Source of the DNA: Candidatus Uhrbacteria bacterium
GTDB lineage: Bacteria; Patescibacteriota; Patescibacteriia; UBA9934
Reading direction: 5' to 3'
Assembly: GCA_023246145.1 (NCBI GenBank)
Contig: JAHFIZ010000002.1
Coordinates: 1 to 36,087 of the forward strand
DNA length: 36,087 nt
The notes under the pieces were generated by a model. It was not told the origin of the DNA. It did no database searches and saw nothing but the letters and a program-made list of their open reading frames with translations. Below are positions 1 through 7,931 of the stretch, piece after piece; position 1 is the first letter of the stretch; the number at the start of each line of letters is the position of its first letter. Made by a program: the position numbers and the translations under genes.

Positions 1-39
1 GTTCAGAAGTCCCTCCTGCGGAGGTTTCGTCCGAAGGAC

Positions 40-549
40 ATGTGGTACGGATTCGTACAGTTCTTCGTGGGCCTCATGCCCACCTATCTCAAGAACCGCT
101 ACGTCATTCGGCTCCCCGCTCCGATTGCCCTCACTATGGCAATTGTAACCGGAGTGGTGAAAATGGGATTCGGCCTGTACGAGATCCGCGGAAAGGAGTT
201 CGTGGAAGCGCGCCTTCTACGATTCGAGCAACGCTACATCGCGGTAGGTTTTGCCTACGGCTGCCTACAAGGCACGATCTTCTTCACGTTCATGTCCATC
301 GCGGCGACGCTTATATGGCATGAAACCTGGGGCGAGATCGCAGTCCAAGCGGGACGGACGTATCTCGTGAACTTCCTCCTTGGCTACCCCATCCTCCTCC
401 TCACGGAATGGGCGGGCCGTCAGTTGAACTGGCTGATCGTATTCCTCAGGCCGTACGTGGAGCCGATCATCGCGCCTGTCGTGGCGCGCTTCAGCGCGCT
501 CTTCTCGCCTCTCATGGACTCCATGAAGGCGTTCGTGAAATGCAGCTAG
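40..549 (+). CDS. hypothetical multi-pass membrane protein; 5' end may lie outside the window
   Basis: 169-aa ORF with several hydrophobic helices (FVQFFVGLMP, IALTMAIVTGVV, TIFFTFMSIAATLIW, LVNFLLGYPILLL). The same frame has no stop between nt 1 and the ATG at 40. Confidence 0.5.
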   Translation: MWYGFVQFFVGLMPTYLKNRYVIRLPAPIALTMAIVTGVVKMGFGLYEIRGKEFVEARLLRFEQRYIAVGFAYGCLQGTIFFTFMSIAATLIWHETWGEIAVQAGRTYLVNFLLGYPILLLTEWAGRQLNWLIVFLRPYVEPIIAPVVARFSALFSPLMDSMKAFVKCS

Positions 550-580
550 CCGGCGGTCCTCTCATGGGCTGCCGGTTTTG
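550..580 (+). terminator. possible intrinsic terminator after the 40..549 ORF
   Basis: ccggcgg (550-556) pairs with ctgccgg (569-575), including one G-U pair, and is followed by tttt (576-579). Confidence 0.4.
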
Positions 581-594
581 CATTGCGCCGGATT

Positions 595-643
595 GTTAAG
601 CACCTTAACAGGTTTAGTAACTTAACTTGTTTAGCACCTTAAC
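595..643. repeat. three phased copies of a 15-bp palindromic motif GTTWAG-N3-CTTAAC, function unknown
   Basis: gttaagcaccttaac (595-609), gtttagtaacttaac (612-626), gtttagcaccttaac (629-643). Starts are exactly 17 nt apart. The array lies in the convergent spacer between the 40..549 ORF and the crtI-type gene. Confidence 0.6.
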
Positions 644-654
644 CACATAAGGTT

Positions 655-2169
655 CTAAAGTGACTTGAGTGGTCCATCAGACTTATCGCCAATCAAACGT
701 TTGTACACTAATTCGGCGCTGATCAAGCAAATCGGCATGCCGATTCCTGGATTAGTGTTCGCTCCCACGTAATACAAGTTCTTCACTTTTTTACTAATTG
801 TGTTCGGCCTAAAAATGGCCGTCTGCATGAGGGTATGAGCGAGTCCGAGAGCACTCCCCTTGTAGCTGTTATAGCGCTCTTTAAAATCTTTTCCGCAGAA
901 ATAGCGTTTGAACTCTATGCGCTCACGAATGTTTGGAATGGATAATTCTGTTTGCATGAGATCCAGTATCTTCTCGCCGTACGCATTCATCTCATCTTCC
1001 GTATACTCGATTCCTGGCGCCATCGGCACAAGAACGAAGAGGTTCTCTTTTCCCTCTGGCGCGACTGAAGGGTCAGTCACGCTCGGCGCGCAAACGTAAA
1101 GCGAAGGGTCAGTAGGCCACTGTGGGTGATCAAAAATCTCCCCAAAGTTTTTGTGCCAATCGCGGGAGAACAAAAGATTGTGATGCGTGAGGGATGGAAC
1201 ACGATCTTTAAAACCTAAATACATGATGAACGCAGAAGGCGAGAGCGTTTTCTTTTCCCAGACACTTTCCGGATGCTCTCTATCTTCCTCTTTTTTGAGT
1301 AACTTCGTTTCCGTATGATGGATGTCTGCGTTAGAGACGATGATATCGGCAGATAAAATCTCGCCTGATTCGAGCCGGACGCCTATTGCTTTGCCATTTT
1401 CAGTGAGGATCTCGGCGACCGGACTCGACGTTCGGTAATGCACGCCATTCTTCTCACCAATTTTCACGAGCGACTCAATAATCTTATAGATCCCACCCGT
1501 GGGATAAAACACACCCATGCCGAAATCAATGTACGTCATGATGCTGTAAAGCGCCGGCGTGTTGTAGGGAGAACTACCGAGGAATACGAGCGTGTACTGC
1601 ATGATCTTCTGCATGGTTTCCGTTTTGAAGAAGCGACGTACAAACCTATCCATTGTAGAAAATACCGATAGCTTCGTTCCCTGGATTGCAACCCGCAGTG
1701 TCAGGAAATCAAAAATGCTGTCGTAATTCTTATACATGAAACTCTCCTTGGAGATTTCATAGTTCAGCTTCGCCCTTCTCAAATATTCGTCGAACTTCAC
1801 TGACGACCCGGGTTCCAGTTTTTCAAACGTCTCACCGTCTTTCTCGCGGTCAGCGTACATGTTAATCATGCCCGCAGGTGAGTCCTTAAAAAAGATTCGG
1901 TATGACGGCGTGAGGCGTTTAAGCGCTAGGTGGTCCTCGATCTTTTCACCCATCAGATCGAAATAATGCTCAAACACATCCGGCATGAGGTACCAAGATG
2001 GTCCCATGTCAAAGGTAAAACCGTTCGCCTTAAAAAGACCGGCCCGTCCGCCAAGCATTTCATTCTTCTCAAGTAATGTTACGTGGAATCCTTTCTTCCC
2101 GAGCATGGCTGCAAGGGATAATCCCCCTATACCGCCGCCGATGACGATGACCGTTTTTCCGCTTTCCAT
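655..2169 (-). CDS. crtI: phytoene desaturase family FAD oxidoreductase (CrtI/CrtN type)
   Basis: 504-aa ORF. N-terminal dinucleotide-binding motif VIVIGGGIGGLSLAAMLGKKGFHVTLLEKNEMLGGRAG, and length and overall look typical of CrtI-family desaturases. Last gene of an operon after a phytoene/squalene synthase. TAG stop. Confidence 0.85.
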   Translation of the reverse strand: MESGKTVIVIGGGIGGLSLAAMLGKKGFHVTLLEKNEMLGGRAGLFKANGFTFDMGPSWYLMPDVFEHYFDLMGEKIEDHLALKRLTPSYRIFFKDSPAGMINMYADREKDGETFEKLEPGSSVKFDEYLRRAKLNYEISKESFMYKNYDSIFDFLTLRVAIQGTKLSVFSTMDRFVRRFFKTETMQKIMQYTLVFLGSSPYNTPALYSIMTYIDFGMGVFYPTGGIYKIIESLVKIGEKNGVHYRTSSPVAEILTENGKAIGVRLESGEILSADIIVSNADIHHTETKLLKKEEDREHPESVWEKKTLSPSAFIMYLGFKDRVPSLTHHNLLFSRDWHKNFGEIFDHPQWPTDPSLYVCAPSVTDPSVAPEGKENLFVLVPMAPGIEYTEDEMNAYGEKILDLMQTELSIPNIRERIEFKRYFCGKDFKERYNSYKGSALGLAHTLMQTAIFRPNTISKKVKNLYYVGANTNPGIGMPICLISAELVYKRLIGDKSDGPLKSL

Positions 2170-3041
2170 ACGCCGTACGCTAAAACCAGCTTTTCTATAA
2201 AATTTGTCCTCACTCTGCCCTCAAAGATGTCATAGTCTGCTTCCTCTATTTTGTCGAGTATGGCTTCATAGAGCGTACTTGCTACTCTGACTGCCAACTG
2301 GCCGTCTTTATTAAGGAGCGGCACGCCTTCATCCGCCGAAACGTACAACGCTCTTGCTCTACTCATCTGGAAGCCCATGAAACGTTTAAACATTTCATTG
2401 CAAACGCCATTCTTAATATCCTCCTTTGTGATACCGAAAGAAGATAATTCTTCTGCCGGCAAATAGATTCTCCCGCGCTCTTCAAAGTCTTCCTGAATAT
2501 CACGTAAAAAGTTTGTGAGCTGCATGGCGTAACCCAATTCCTCGGCATACAGCAGCGCTCGTTTATCCGTAAATCCTATGACATACGTCATCATAAGCCC
2601 TACCACCGCCGCAGAGCCGTACATGTAACGCTCTAGTTCCGCGTAACTCTTGTAGGAAGACTTTGTGACATCTTGAAGCATTGCCTTGATAAAGTCCTCG
2701 CTGTACTCAAGGGGGATAGCAAATGCATGGAACACCTCGGACGTTGCTCTGAGTACAGGAACCCACAAAGGATCACTTGTCTTTTCCCATCCCAATTCAC
2801 GAGCGTACGCCCTCCCCCACGCCTCTTTCCAGTGCACGAGTTCATCATGAATCGCCTCAGCTGAATCGAGTCTTGGGTTATCTACAATCTCATCCGGCAA
2901 ACGGAAAAAGGCATACAGGACGTTTGTGGCGTCACGCTTCTCTTTAGGAAAAAGCTTAGTGGCGAAGTAGTAACTTTTGCCGTATTTCTTCTGTAAGGCG
3001 CGGCAGTAACGGACGTCAGCGGGCAACAGATGGAGCGTCAT
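2127..3041 (-). CDS. crtB: phytoene/squalene synthase family protein (CrtB/CrtM type)
   Basis: 304-aa ORF. YYFATKLFP, the first Asp-rich motif YAFFRLPDEIVD and the second RDIQEDFE are typical of the trans-isoprenyl diphosphate synthase head-to-head family. Its ATG overlaps the upstream gene stop (ATGA), and it overlaps the crtI start by 43 nt. Confidence 0.85.
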   Translation of the reverse strand: MTLHLLPADVRYCRALQKKYGKSYYFATKLFPKEKRDATNVLYAFFRLPDEIVDNPRLDSAEAIHDELVHWKEAWGRAYARELGWEKTSDPLWVPVLRATSEVFHAFAIPLEYSEDFIKAMLQDVTKSSYKSYAELERYMYGSAAVVGLMMTYVIGFTDKRALLYAEELGYAMQLTNFLRDIQEDFEERGRIYLPAEELSSFGITKEDIKNGVCNEMFKRFMGFQMSRARALYVSADEGVPLLNKDGQLAVRVASTLYEAILDKIEEADYDIFEGRVRTNFIEKLVLAYGVWKAEKRSSSSAAV

Positions 3042-4099
3042 GTGGTTCTTTCCTTGATAGTAGACACGAGGCCCAAAAGCACTTGCTTAGCGCTCTCCGG
3101 AAGTTTGGAGAGAGATGCCAGTTCTTCTGCCTCCGTGAAGGCTCGAGCGAGCTCATTTTGCGCATAGGATACCACTCCCGTTTTTTCCATCATAGAAAGA
3201 ATGCTCGCGCAGTCTTCCGGTGATAGATCTCTTTTCCCAAACAGCGCACCGAAAATTTTCTTTTCTTCTTCAGCTGCATTCGTCACGAAGTAGTGCGTGA
3301 GAAGCGTGTGCTGACCTTCCCTAATGTCATTCATGCACGGTTTGCCGATTTTTTCTTCTGTCGAAAGAAGATCCAGGAGGTCATCTTGCAACTGAAAAGC
3401 GAGACCTATCTTTAGACCAAATGCTTCCAGTGTCTTTTCAAACTGTTCATCTCCGGCTGCAAGCGCTAAACCTATCTGAAGCGGGCGAACAAAGCTGTAG
3501 GTAGCGGTTTTCAATTCCATCTTTCTTCTAATCAGTTCTTCACTGGCCTCTCTCTTTCCCATGAGGCTCACATCAATCATCTGTCCGGCCACTACGTCAT
3601 CAATCATCTGGAAAAATAACCTGAGCACTCGGTCCCGATTCATGAGATCCCCCACACCATCTTGAAAAGATTCTGAGGCCCAAGCAAACAAAAGATCTCC
3701 TACTAAAATTGCCTGACCGTTTGCCAAATGAGAAAGATCACCTCTTGCATTCTCCTGTGTTAAATACTCAAGCGTAACTTTATGAACAGTAGAAACACCG
3801 TGGCGCTTATCAGCTTTATCTATCACGTCATCATGCACTAAACAAAACAAATGAAAGAGCTCGAGCCCGAGACCCACCTTCCCAATTGCTGTCTCATCCA
3901 CTCCCCCGAAAGCTTTATACATCCCACTCGCCATAAACGGTCGAGCGCGTTTCCCGCCAGAGAGCGCAATAGTCTTTACCGCATCGAGATACGAAATTAA
4001 TCCGGCATCGCCGAGCAATCCGCGAAGGTGTTCGACTCTCCCGTCAAAATACCGCTCAAGCAACTGATCAAACATTTTCTTGAACTCGCCAATCAACAT
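3038..4099 (-). CDS. polyprenyl diphosphate synthase (GGPP/FPP synthase type)
   Basis: 353-aa ORF with the first Asp-rich motif LVHDDVIDKAD and the second FQLQDDLLD, as in polyprenyl synthetases. First gene of the three-gene operon. It ends in TGA, showing that TGA is a stop codon here. Confidence 0.85.
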   Translation of the reverse strand: MLIGEFKKMFDQLLERYFDGRVEHLRGLLGDAGLISYLDAVKTIALSGGKRARPFMASGMYKAFGGVDETAIGKVGLGLELFHLFCLVHDDVIDKADKRHGVSTVHKVTLEYLTQENARGDLSHLANGQAILVGDLLFAWASESFQDGVGDLMNRDRVLRLFFQMIDDVVAGQMIDVSLMGKREASEELIRRKMELKTATYSFVRPLQIGLALAAGDEQFEKTLEAFGLKIGLAFQLQDDLLDLLSTEEKIGKPCMNDIREGQHTLLTHYFVTNAAEEEKKIFGALFGKRDLSPEDCASILSMMEKTGVVSYAQNELARAFTEAEELASLSKLPESAKQVLLGLVSTIKERTT

Positions 4100-4199
4100 A
4101 TGGCGCTACAGTACCGATTTCAGGGCGAGAAGAAAAGTGCGGGTTGTTAGAGGTCAATAAGAAGCGTAGGCTGAAAATGTTAGTCGTAACCCCACCTCT

Positions 4200-4916
4200 A
4201 TGAATAATCGCTCATACGCCATTGGCGTGGCAGTCATTGTGCTTGCCATCCTCATTGGCGCTTTCATCATCTATAAATCTCCAAGCGGGACAACTACACC
4301 CATAGTTGAAAATCCACCGGTAAATAATGGCACTACTACGCCTCCTGTTGTCACTCCACCGGCCCCTACGGAAACCACATACGAAAATACCAGTCTCAAG
4401 CTCAGCGTTCCCGCTGGTTGGACGGCTACTGCTGCCACCTCTGCTACAAGCAAGGATGCGGTAAACATCGCTAAAGGAAACTGGATCCTCTACGTCAGCC
4501 CGCACGCTTCCCAGGCAAGCGGCACAGAAGGCGGACGGTTTGCAGAAATTGGCATGGGCGCCCCAAGTGTGGATGCCGTAGTCACTACAGAGCCGAGCGA
4601 ATGTGGCACCACAGAAAAAACTGCCGCCTATGGAATCTATACACGTGTAGATTACTTCATGAGCGCAGCTGAAAAGAAGGATTGGTGTGCCGCACCAACC
4701 AACGGCAAAACGGTCTGGTTCTTCTCGTACCTCACCAGTCCCGGCAATGGCTTCTTCAACTACTACAAAAAAGATGTGAATGACGGCCTGGTAGTCACCA
4801 TGGCGTATAACTCCAAAGTGGTGAACAGCTTCCCCGTCAAAGGTAGTGCGGAACTTACCGCCGCTCTGAAAGAGATGACGGACATCGCGAAGACCCTCGT
4901 CATCAAAACAAAATAG
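4200..4916 (+). CDS. hypothetical membrane-anchored or secreted protein with a Thr/Pro-rich linker
   Basis: 238-aa ORF. N-terminal TM helix YAIGVAVIVLAILIGAFIIY, then TTTPIVENPPVNNGTTTPPVVTPPAPTETT. Followed by a strong terminator. The antisense ORF 4212..4937 is Cys/Arg-rich and looks spurious. Confidence 0.6.
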   Translation: MNNRSYAIGVAVIVLAILIGAFIIYKSPSGTTTPIVENPPVNNGTTTPPVVTPPAPTETTYENTSLKLSVPAGWTATAATSATSKDAVNIAKGNWILYVSPHASQASGTEGGRFAEIGMGAPSVDAVVTTEPSECGTTEKTAAYGIYTRVDYFMSAAEKKDWCAAPTNGKTVWFFSYLTSPGNGFFNYYKKDVNDGLVVTMAYNSKVVNSFPVKGSAELTAALKEMTDIAKTLVIKTK

Positions 4917-4925
4917 TTTCTCCAA

Positions 4926-4961
4926 ACAAAAAACCACTTCATGGCTGAAGTGGTTTTTTTG
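4926..4961. terminator. bidirectional intrinsic terminator
   Basis: ccacttca (4934-4941), loop tggc, tgaagtgg (4946-4953). Flanked by an A-run (4926-4933) and a T-run (4954-4960). Confidence 0.7.
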
Positions 4962-5178
4962 TTGAACCGAAAGTCCTCCTACTTCTTCTTGTCCTTCTTT
5001 GGCTTCTTAACATTTTTCCGAGCGTTTTGTCCTTTGGCCATAAAAATATGTTTAGACCAAAGTATACATTAAAACAGGAGATAGTCTGCCAGAATATCCT
5101 CAAATAAAAAGAGCTGGTGCTGATGCGGCTTATTTTGACGATACTCCCCTTATCTGCTATTCTTTTCGCGCATTTCAT

Positions 5179-5253
5179 GGCCCTATCGTCTAACGGTTAG
5201 GACAGAGGCTTCTCAAGCCTTAAATCCGGGTTCGATTCCCGGTAGGGTCACCA
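5179..5253 (+). tRNA. tRNA-Glu (anticodon CTC) with encoded CCA
   Basis: Hand-folded cloverleaf. Acceptor GGCCCTA/TAGGGTC; D arm GTCT-AACGGTTA-GGAC; anticodon arm GAGGC-TTCTCAA-GCCTT (CTC at 34-36); variable AAAT; T arm CCGGG-TTCGATT-CCCGG; discriminator A; CCA at 5251-5253. Confidence 0.93.
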
Positions 5254-6691
5254 AAGAAGACCTTCCTTCATGGAAGGCCTTTTTTGTTTCTAAGATTGGC
5301 GACAATACAGGTGTTTCAAACTTTGGATAGGTATAAAGCGGCTTTTCGGCAAAAATCAAACTCAGCAAGTTCTTCCGTTGGTCGTACGTCGCACCTTCCC
5401 AACATTTTGCAAGATCCTCTAACGTCGTGAAGACAAACAATACCGCCTCGTCAACAGCGAATGTCTCAAGCTTCATGTCTGCAAGCGCGGCATGCGTGTC
5501 GAGAATCTTATCCTTAACCGCCTTGAACTCTTCCTTGAAATCGTCTTCTCCGAGTAAATCCTTTTTCGCCATGTCGATAAGTTTCCTCTTCTCACCTTCC
5601 ATGCGCTCAAGTTCGCCTGAGATTTTTGTACGGTTCTGATTGATCGTTTTGTACTGTTCCTGCCAAACATCGGCAATAACCTCTTTTAATGCCTCAGAGA
5701 AGTCTTTTTTGAAGGTAATCTGCTCCAAAAGTTCAGCAAACTCTCCCTCCAGTTTTTTCTTTGACAGAGATTTGATGGCGGTTTCACACTCTTTGAAATA
5801 ACAACGATAGTATGGGTAATGGTTGCCCGCCTTGTTTCTGGAGTAGGATGCCGTGAGCGGACGGGCGCAATAACCACATCTTACGAAATGTCGGAGCGGA
5901 AAGTCTTCATCTCTACGCGCATAAGAGATCGCGTCTTCACGCGTTACACCGCGAAGAATGCTCTGACACAAAGCAAATGTGTCATCATCGACAATCGGTT
6001 CGTGTACCCCTCTTATTTCTTGATCAAATGCCTCCATCCAGCCTGCATAAAATCGATTGCGGATGATTTTTGAGATGAGTTGTGCAGACATCTTATTGCC
6101 CTCGCGCGTGCGGAAACCCCTCTTATTTACTTCATTACAAAGCTCGGTGAGCTGCGAAGCACCTTTTGCAAACTCCTCAAAAATCCATGCGATGTGTTTG
6201 GAGCGCTCACCGTCTGGAACGATAATCTTCTCCCCCGAATCGTTCTTTATGTTCTTGTAGCCAACAGGTGATCTCCATTGCCAGTAGCCCTTGGCAAACT
6301 TCGTCTGCATGCAGTCGGTAGTGCGTTGACCCTTCATCTGGTTGTCGAACTGGGCACTCGCCGCCATGAGGTTGCCGATATATTGACCAACTGGACTTTC
6401 ATCCACGGCTTCTGTCACGGAGACCAGCTTTATTTTCAACTTCGCAAGAAGAACAAGAATGTTCGTGTAGTCGTTCATGTTGCGGGATAGTCGATCGATT
6501 CGATAAACGATCACCGATCCAATCCTTGCAGCATTTTTCATGCAGTATGCCAGCATGTCTTGGAGACCGTCGCGATTCGTTGTCTTCGCGGAAACACCAT
6601 CGTCGTGAAAAATGCGATCAATGGTAATCCCAAGTTTCTCGGCGTGCTTTTTACACGCTCCCTCTTGTTGCTCAAGGCTAATACCATGCAC
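5213..6691 (-). CDS. large serine recombinase (integrase/resolvase family); a full-length reading would be 5213..6757 but is broken by an in-frame TGA at 6728..6730
   Basis: The 492-aa ORF starts at a GTG. It has resolvase-domain motifs (VIVYRIDRLSRN), a recombinase domain, a Cys-rich zinc-ribbon-like segment (CGYCARPL...YYRCYFKEC) and a C-terminal coiled coil. The catalytic-Ser motif LIYYRVSTEEQ is encoded in the same frame upstream (6692..6727), between the TGA and the GTG. The 3' end overlaps tRNA-Glu by 41 nt. Confidence 0.85.
   Translation of the reverse strand: MHGISLEQQEGACKKHAEKLGITIDRIFHDDGVSAKTTNRDGLQDMLAYCMKNAARIGSVIVYRIDRLSRNMNDYTNILVLLAKLKIKLVSVTEAVDESPVGQYIGNLMAASAQFDNQMKGQRTTDCMQTKFAKGYWQWRSPVGYKNIKNDSGEKIIVPDGERSKHIAWIFEEFAKGASQLTELCNEVNKRGFRTREGNKMSAQLISKIIRNRFYAGWMEAFDQEIRGVHEPIVDDDTFALCQSILRGVTREDAISYARRDEDFPLRHFVRCGYCARPLTASYSRNKAGNHYPYYRCYFKECETAIKSLSKKKLEGEFAELLEQITFKKDFSEALKEVIADVWQEQYKTINQNRTKISGELERMEGEKRKLIDMAKKDLLGEDDFKEEFKAVKDKILDTHAALADMKLETFAVDEAVLFVFTTLEDLAKCWEGATYDQRKNLLSLIFAEKPLYTYPKFETPVLSPILETKKAFHEGRSSLVTLPGIEPGFKA
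5259..5286 (+). terminator. intrinsic terminator after tRNA-Glu
   Basis: ccttcc (5261-5266), loop ttcat, ggaagg (5272-5277), then a T-run at 5280-5285. Confidence 0.6.
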
Positions 6692-6782
6692 CGCTTGTTC
6701 TTCGGTGGAAACACGGTAGTAGATGAGTCATTCGTTTTTTCCGTTCTCGCTAACCATAGGTTGTGTAGTCATAATGCGACGT

Positions 6783-6941
6783 TTAAGATTTTTTATCTAG
6801 GTCTATGATTTTTCGCTTCCATTTCTCCCAGCAAAGCCGAACCCACAAGTAGTGGGCATCCCGAAGTAAGCGAAGTTCGTCTTCGCTCAGACCATCGGCA
6901 CGTCTGCCGAGAATCCGTTTGTACTGCGAGATAGAGATCAC
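6783..6941 (-). CDS. possible 52-aa small protein upstream of the recombinase (below the ORF-track size cut-off)
   Basis: GTG-initiated frame VISISQYKRILGRRADGLSEDELRLLRDAHYLWVRLCWEKWKRKIIDLDKKS. It lies between a minus-strand terminator (6957..6982) and the recombinase ATG at 6757. No family recognised. Confidence 0.25.
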   Translation of the reverse strand: MISISQYKRILGRRADGLSEDELRLLRDAHYLWVRLCWEKWKRKIIDLDKKS

Positions 6942-6956
6942 ATGGCGCGGTTAAAT

Positions 6957-6982
6957 CAAAAACCGCTCCTATCGTAGAGCGG
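6957..6982 (-). terminator. intrinsic terminator after the 7007..7822 gene
   Basis: Minus strand reads ccgctc-tacgatag-gagcgg followed by ttttt (plus-strand stems at 6963-6968 and 6977-6982, A-run at 6958-6962). Confidence 0.6.
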
Positions 6983-7006
6983 CTCGTGATTCCCGTCTTC
7001 GGACAT

Positions 7007-7822
7007 TTACTCCCCCTTGCTTTTCTTCTTCTTTGCTAATCGTCTCTTTCGCTCTCTACCCAGAATCTTTTTGATGTTTTCGGTGTTGAGAAATGCAAGA
7101 TCAAAATATGGAGGAGGCCACGCGCCTTTATAGGCCTCTGTTCTGTATCCGTCAGATTTGATCACGCCATCACGGTAGGCCTCATGGACAAGTTTGTGCA
7201 GGTTCGCTTTTGAACGTTGACGCACTCGGGTTCCAAAAATATTCTGATCCTTTTTATCTCGAATCTCTAATATTTTTTGCCAAGCCGTGAAGTGCTTATG
7301 GATATTCTGGAGATCCTGAAGGGAGGCATGCGGCTTTATGATAAGCACGGCAGACTTTTCTAAGGAATGGATTATCGCACGTTTCTTGATATCAAAATGA
7401 GCATCTATTCCGAGCTTTCCTGGATAAAAACATTCCTGCTCATACTGACGCAACTCATCTATAGCTTGAATAATCTCTGCGCCATCCGCAACGGTGATAC
7501 CGAACGATTCTGTGAGGTGAGGAAAGTTTGTGAAGTGCTCCACTTCATTTAATGCGACATACAGCGTCATCGGTGGCTCCAGCTCTTCGAGATAGTCACC
7601 AAATCCATACTCAGATATCACTTCATGATTGAAGGCCTGAAGAGCCATGAGAACTGAAGTTCCATCAGAGTTTCTTGCATTATAAACATCCATCACTGAC
7701 GCAAAGCCCTTGGCGGGAATGCCATTGCGTTCTCTAAAATCGGCCATCCTTTTTGGAAAGTCGTAGTCTTCGGTGATACGCCGCCAAAGTTCCTCCACTG
7801 GATTTTTTCTTTTCTTTGCCAT
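7007..7822 (-). CDS. hypothetical protein with Lys/Arg-rich termini
   Basis: 271-aa ORF beginning MAKKRKNP and ending RERKRRLAKKKKSKGE. No motif recognised. Followed by a terminator. Confidence 0.6.
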   Translation of the reverse strand: MAKKRKNPVEELWRRITEDYDFPKRMADFRERNGIPAKGFASVMDVYNARNSDGTSVLMALQAFNHEVISEYGFGDYLEELEPPMTLYVALNEVEHFTNFPHLTESFGITVADGAEIIQAIDELRQYEQECFYPGKLGIDAHFDIKKRAIIHSLEKSAVLIIKPHASLQDLQNIHKHFTAWQKILEIRDKKDQNIFGTRVRQRSKANLHKLVHEAYRDGVIKSDGYRTEAYKGAWPPPYFDLAFLNTENIKKILGRERKRRLAKKKKSKGE

Positions 7823-7931
7823 AGTAAAACCACGGATTTGATTCCCATTTTGTCATATTCTACACGATTATGCTATTCTTTTAGCTACAATCTGCCTAAA
7901 CTCTGTTCTTCGAACAGGGCATGGCGAAAAT

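Noticed and set aside
4212-4937. A 241-aa minus-strand ORF fully overlapping the 4200..4916 gene.
   Set aside because: Its translation is Cys/Arg/Gly-rich and unprotein-like. The plus-strand product has a TM anchor and Thr/Pro linker and is followed by a terminator in the correct orientation.
6728-6730. The in-frame TGA in the recombinase might indicate a genome-wide alternative genetic code (TGA = Gly or Trp, as in Gracilibacteria/SR1 or Mycoplasma-type codes).
   Set aside because: Other genes in the window clearly use TGA as a stop. Examples are the polyprenyl synthase at 3038-3040, with a classic ATGA overlap onto the next start, and glmS at 17386-17388. All long housekeeping ORFs are intact under the standard code. 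Recoding, if any, would be local.
6985-6995. An 8-nt match (gattcccg) to the tRNA-Glu T-arm, a possible att repeat that would define a mini-element of only the recombinase.
   Set aside because: An 8-nt match is expected by chance about once in 36 kb on two strands, the flanking bases do not match, and it overlaps the terminator region of the 7007 gene.
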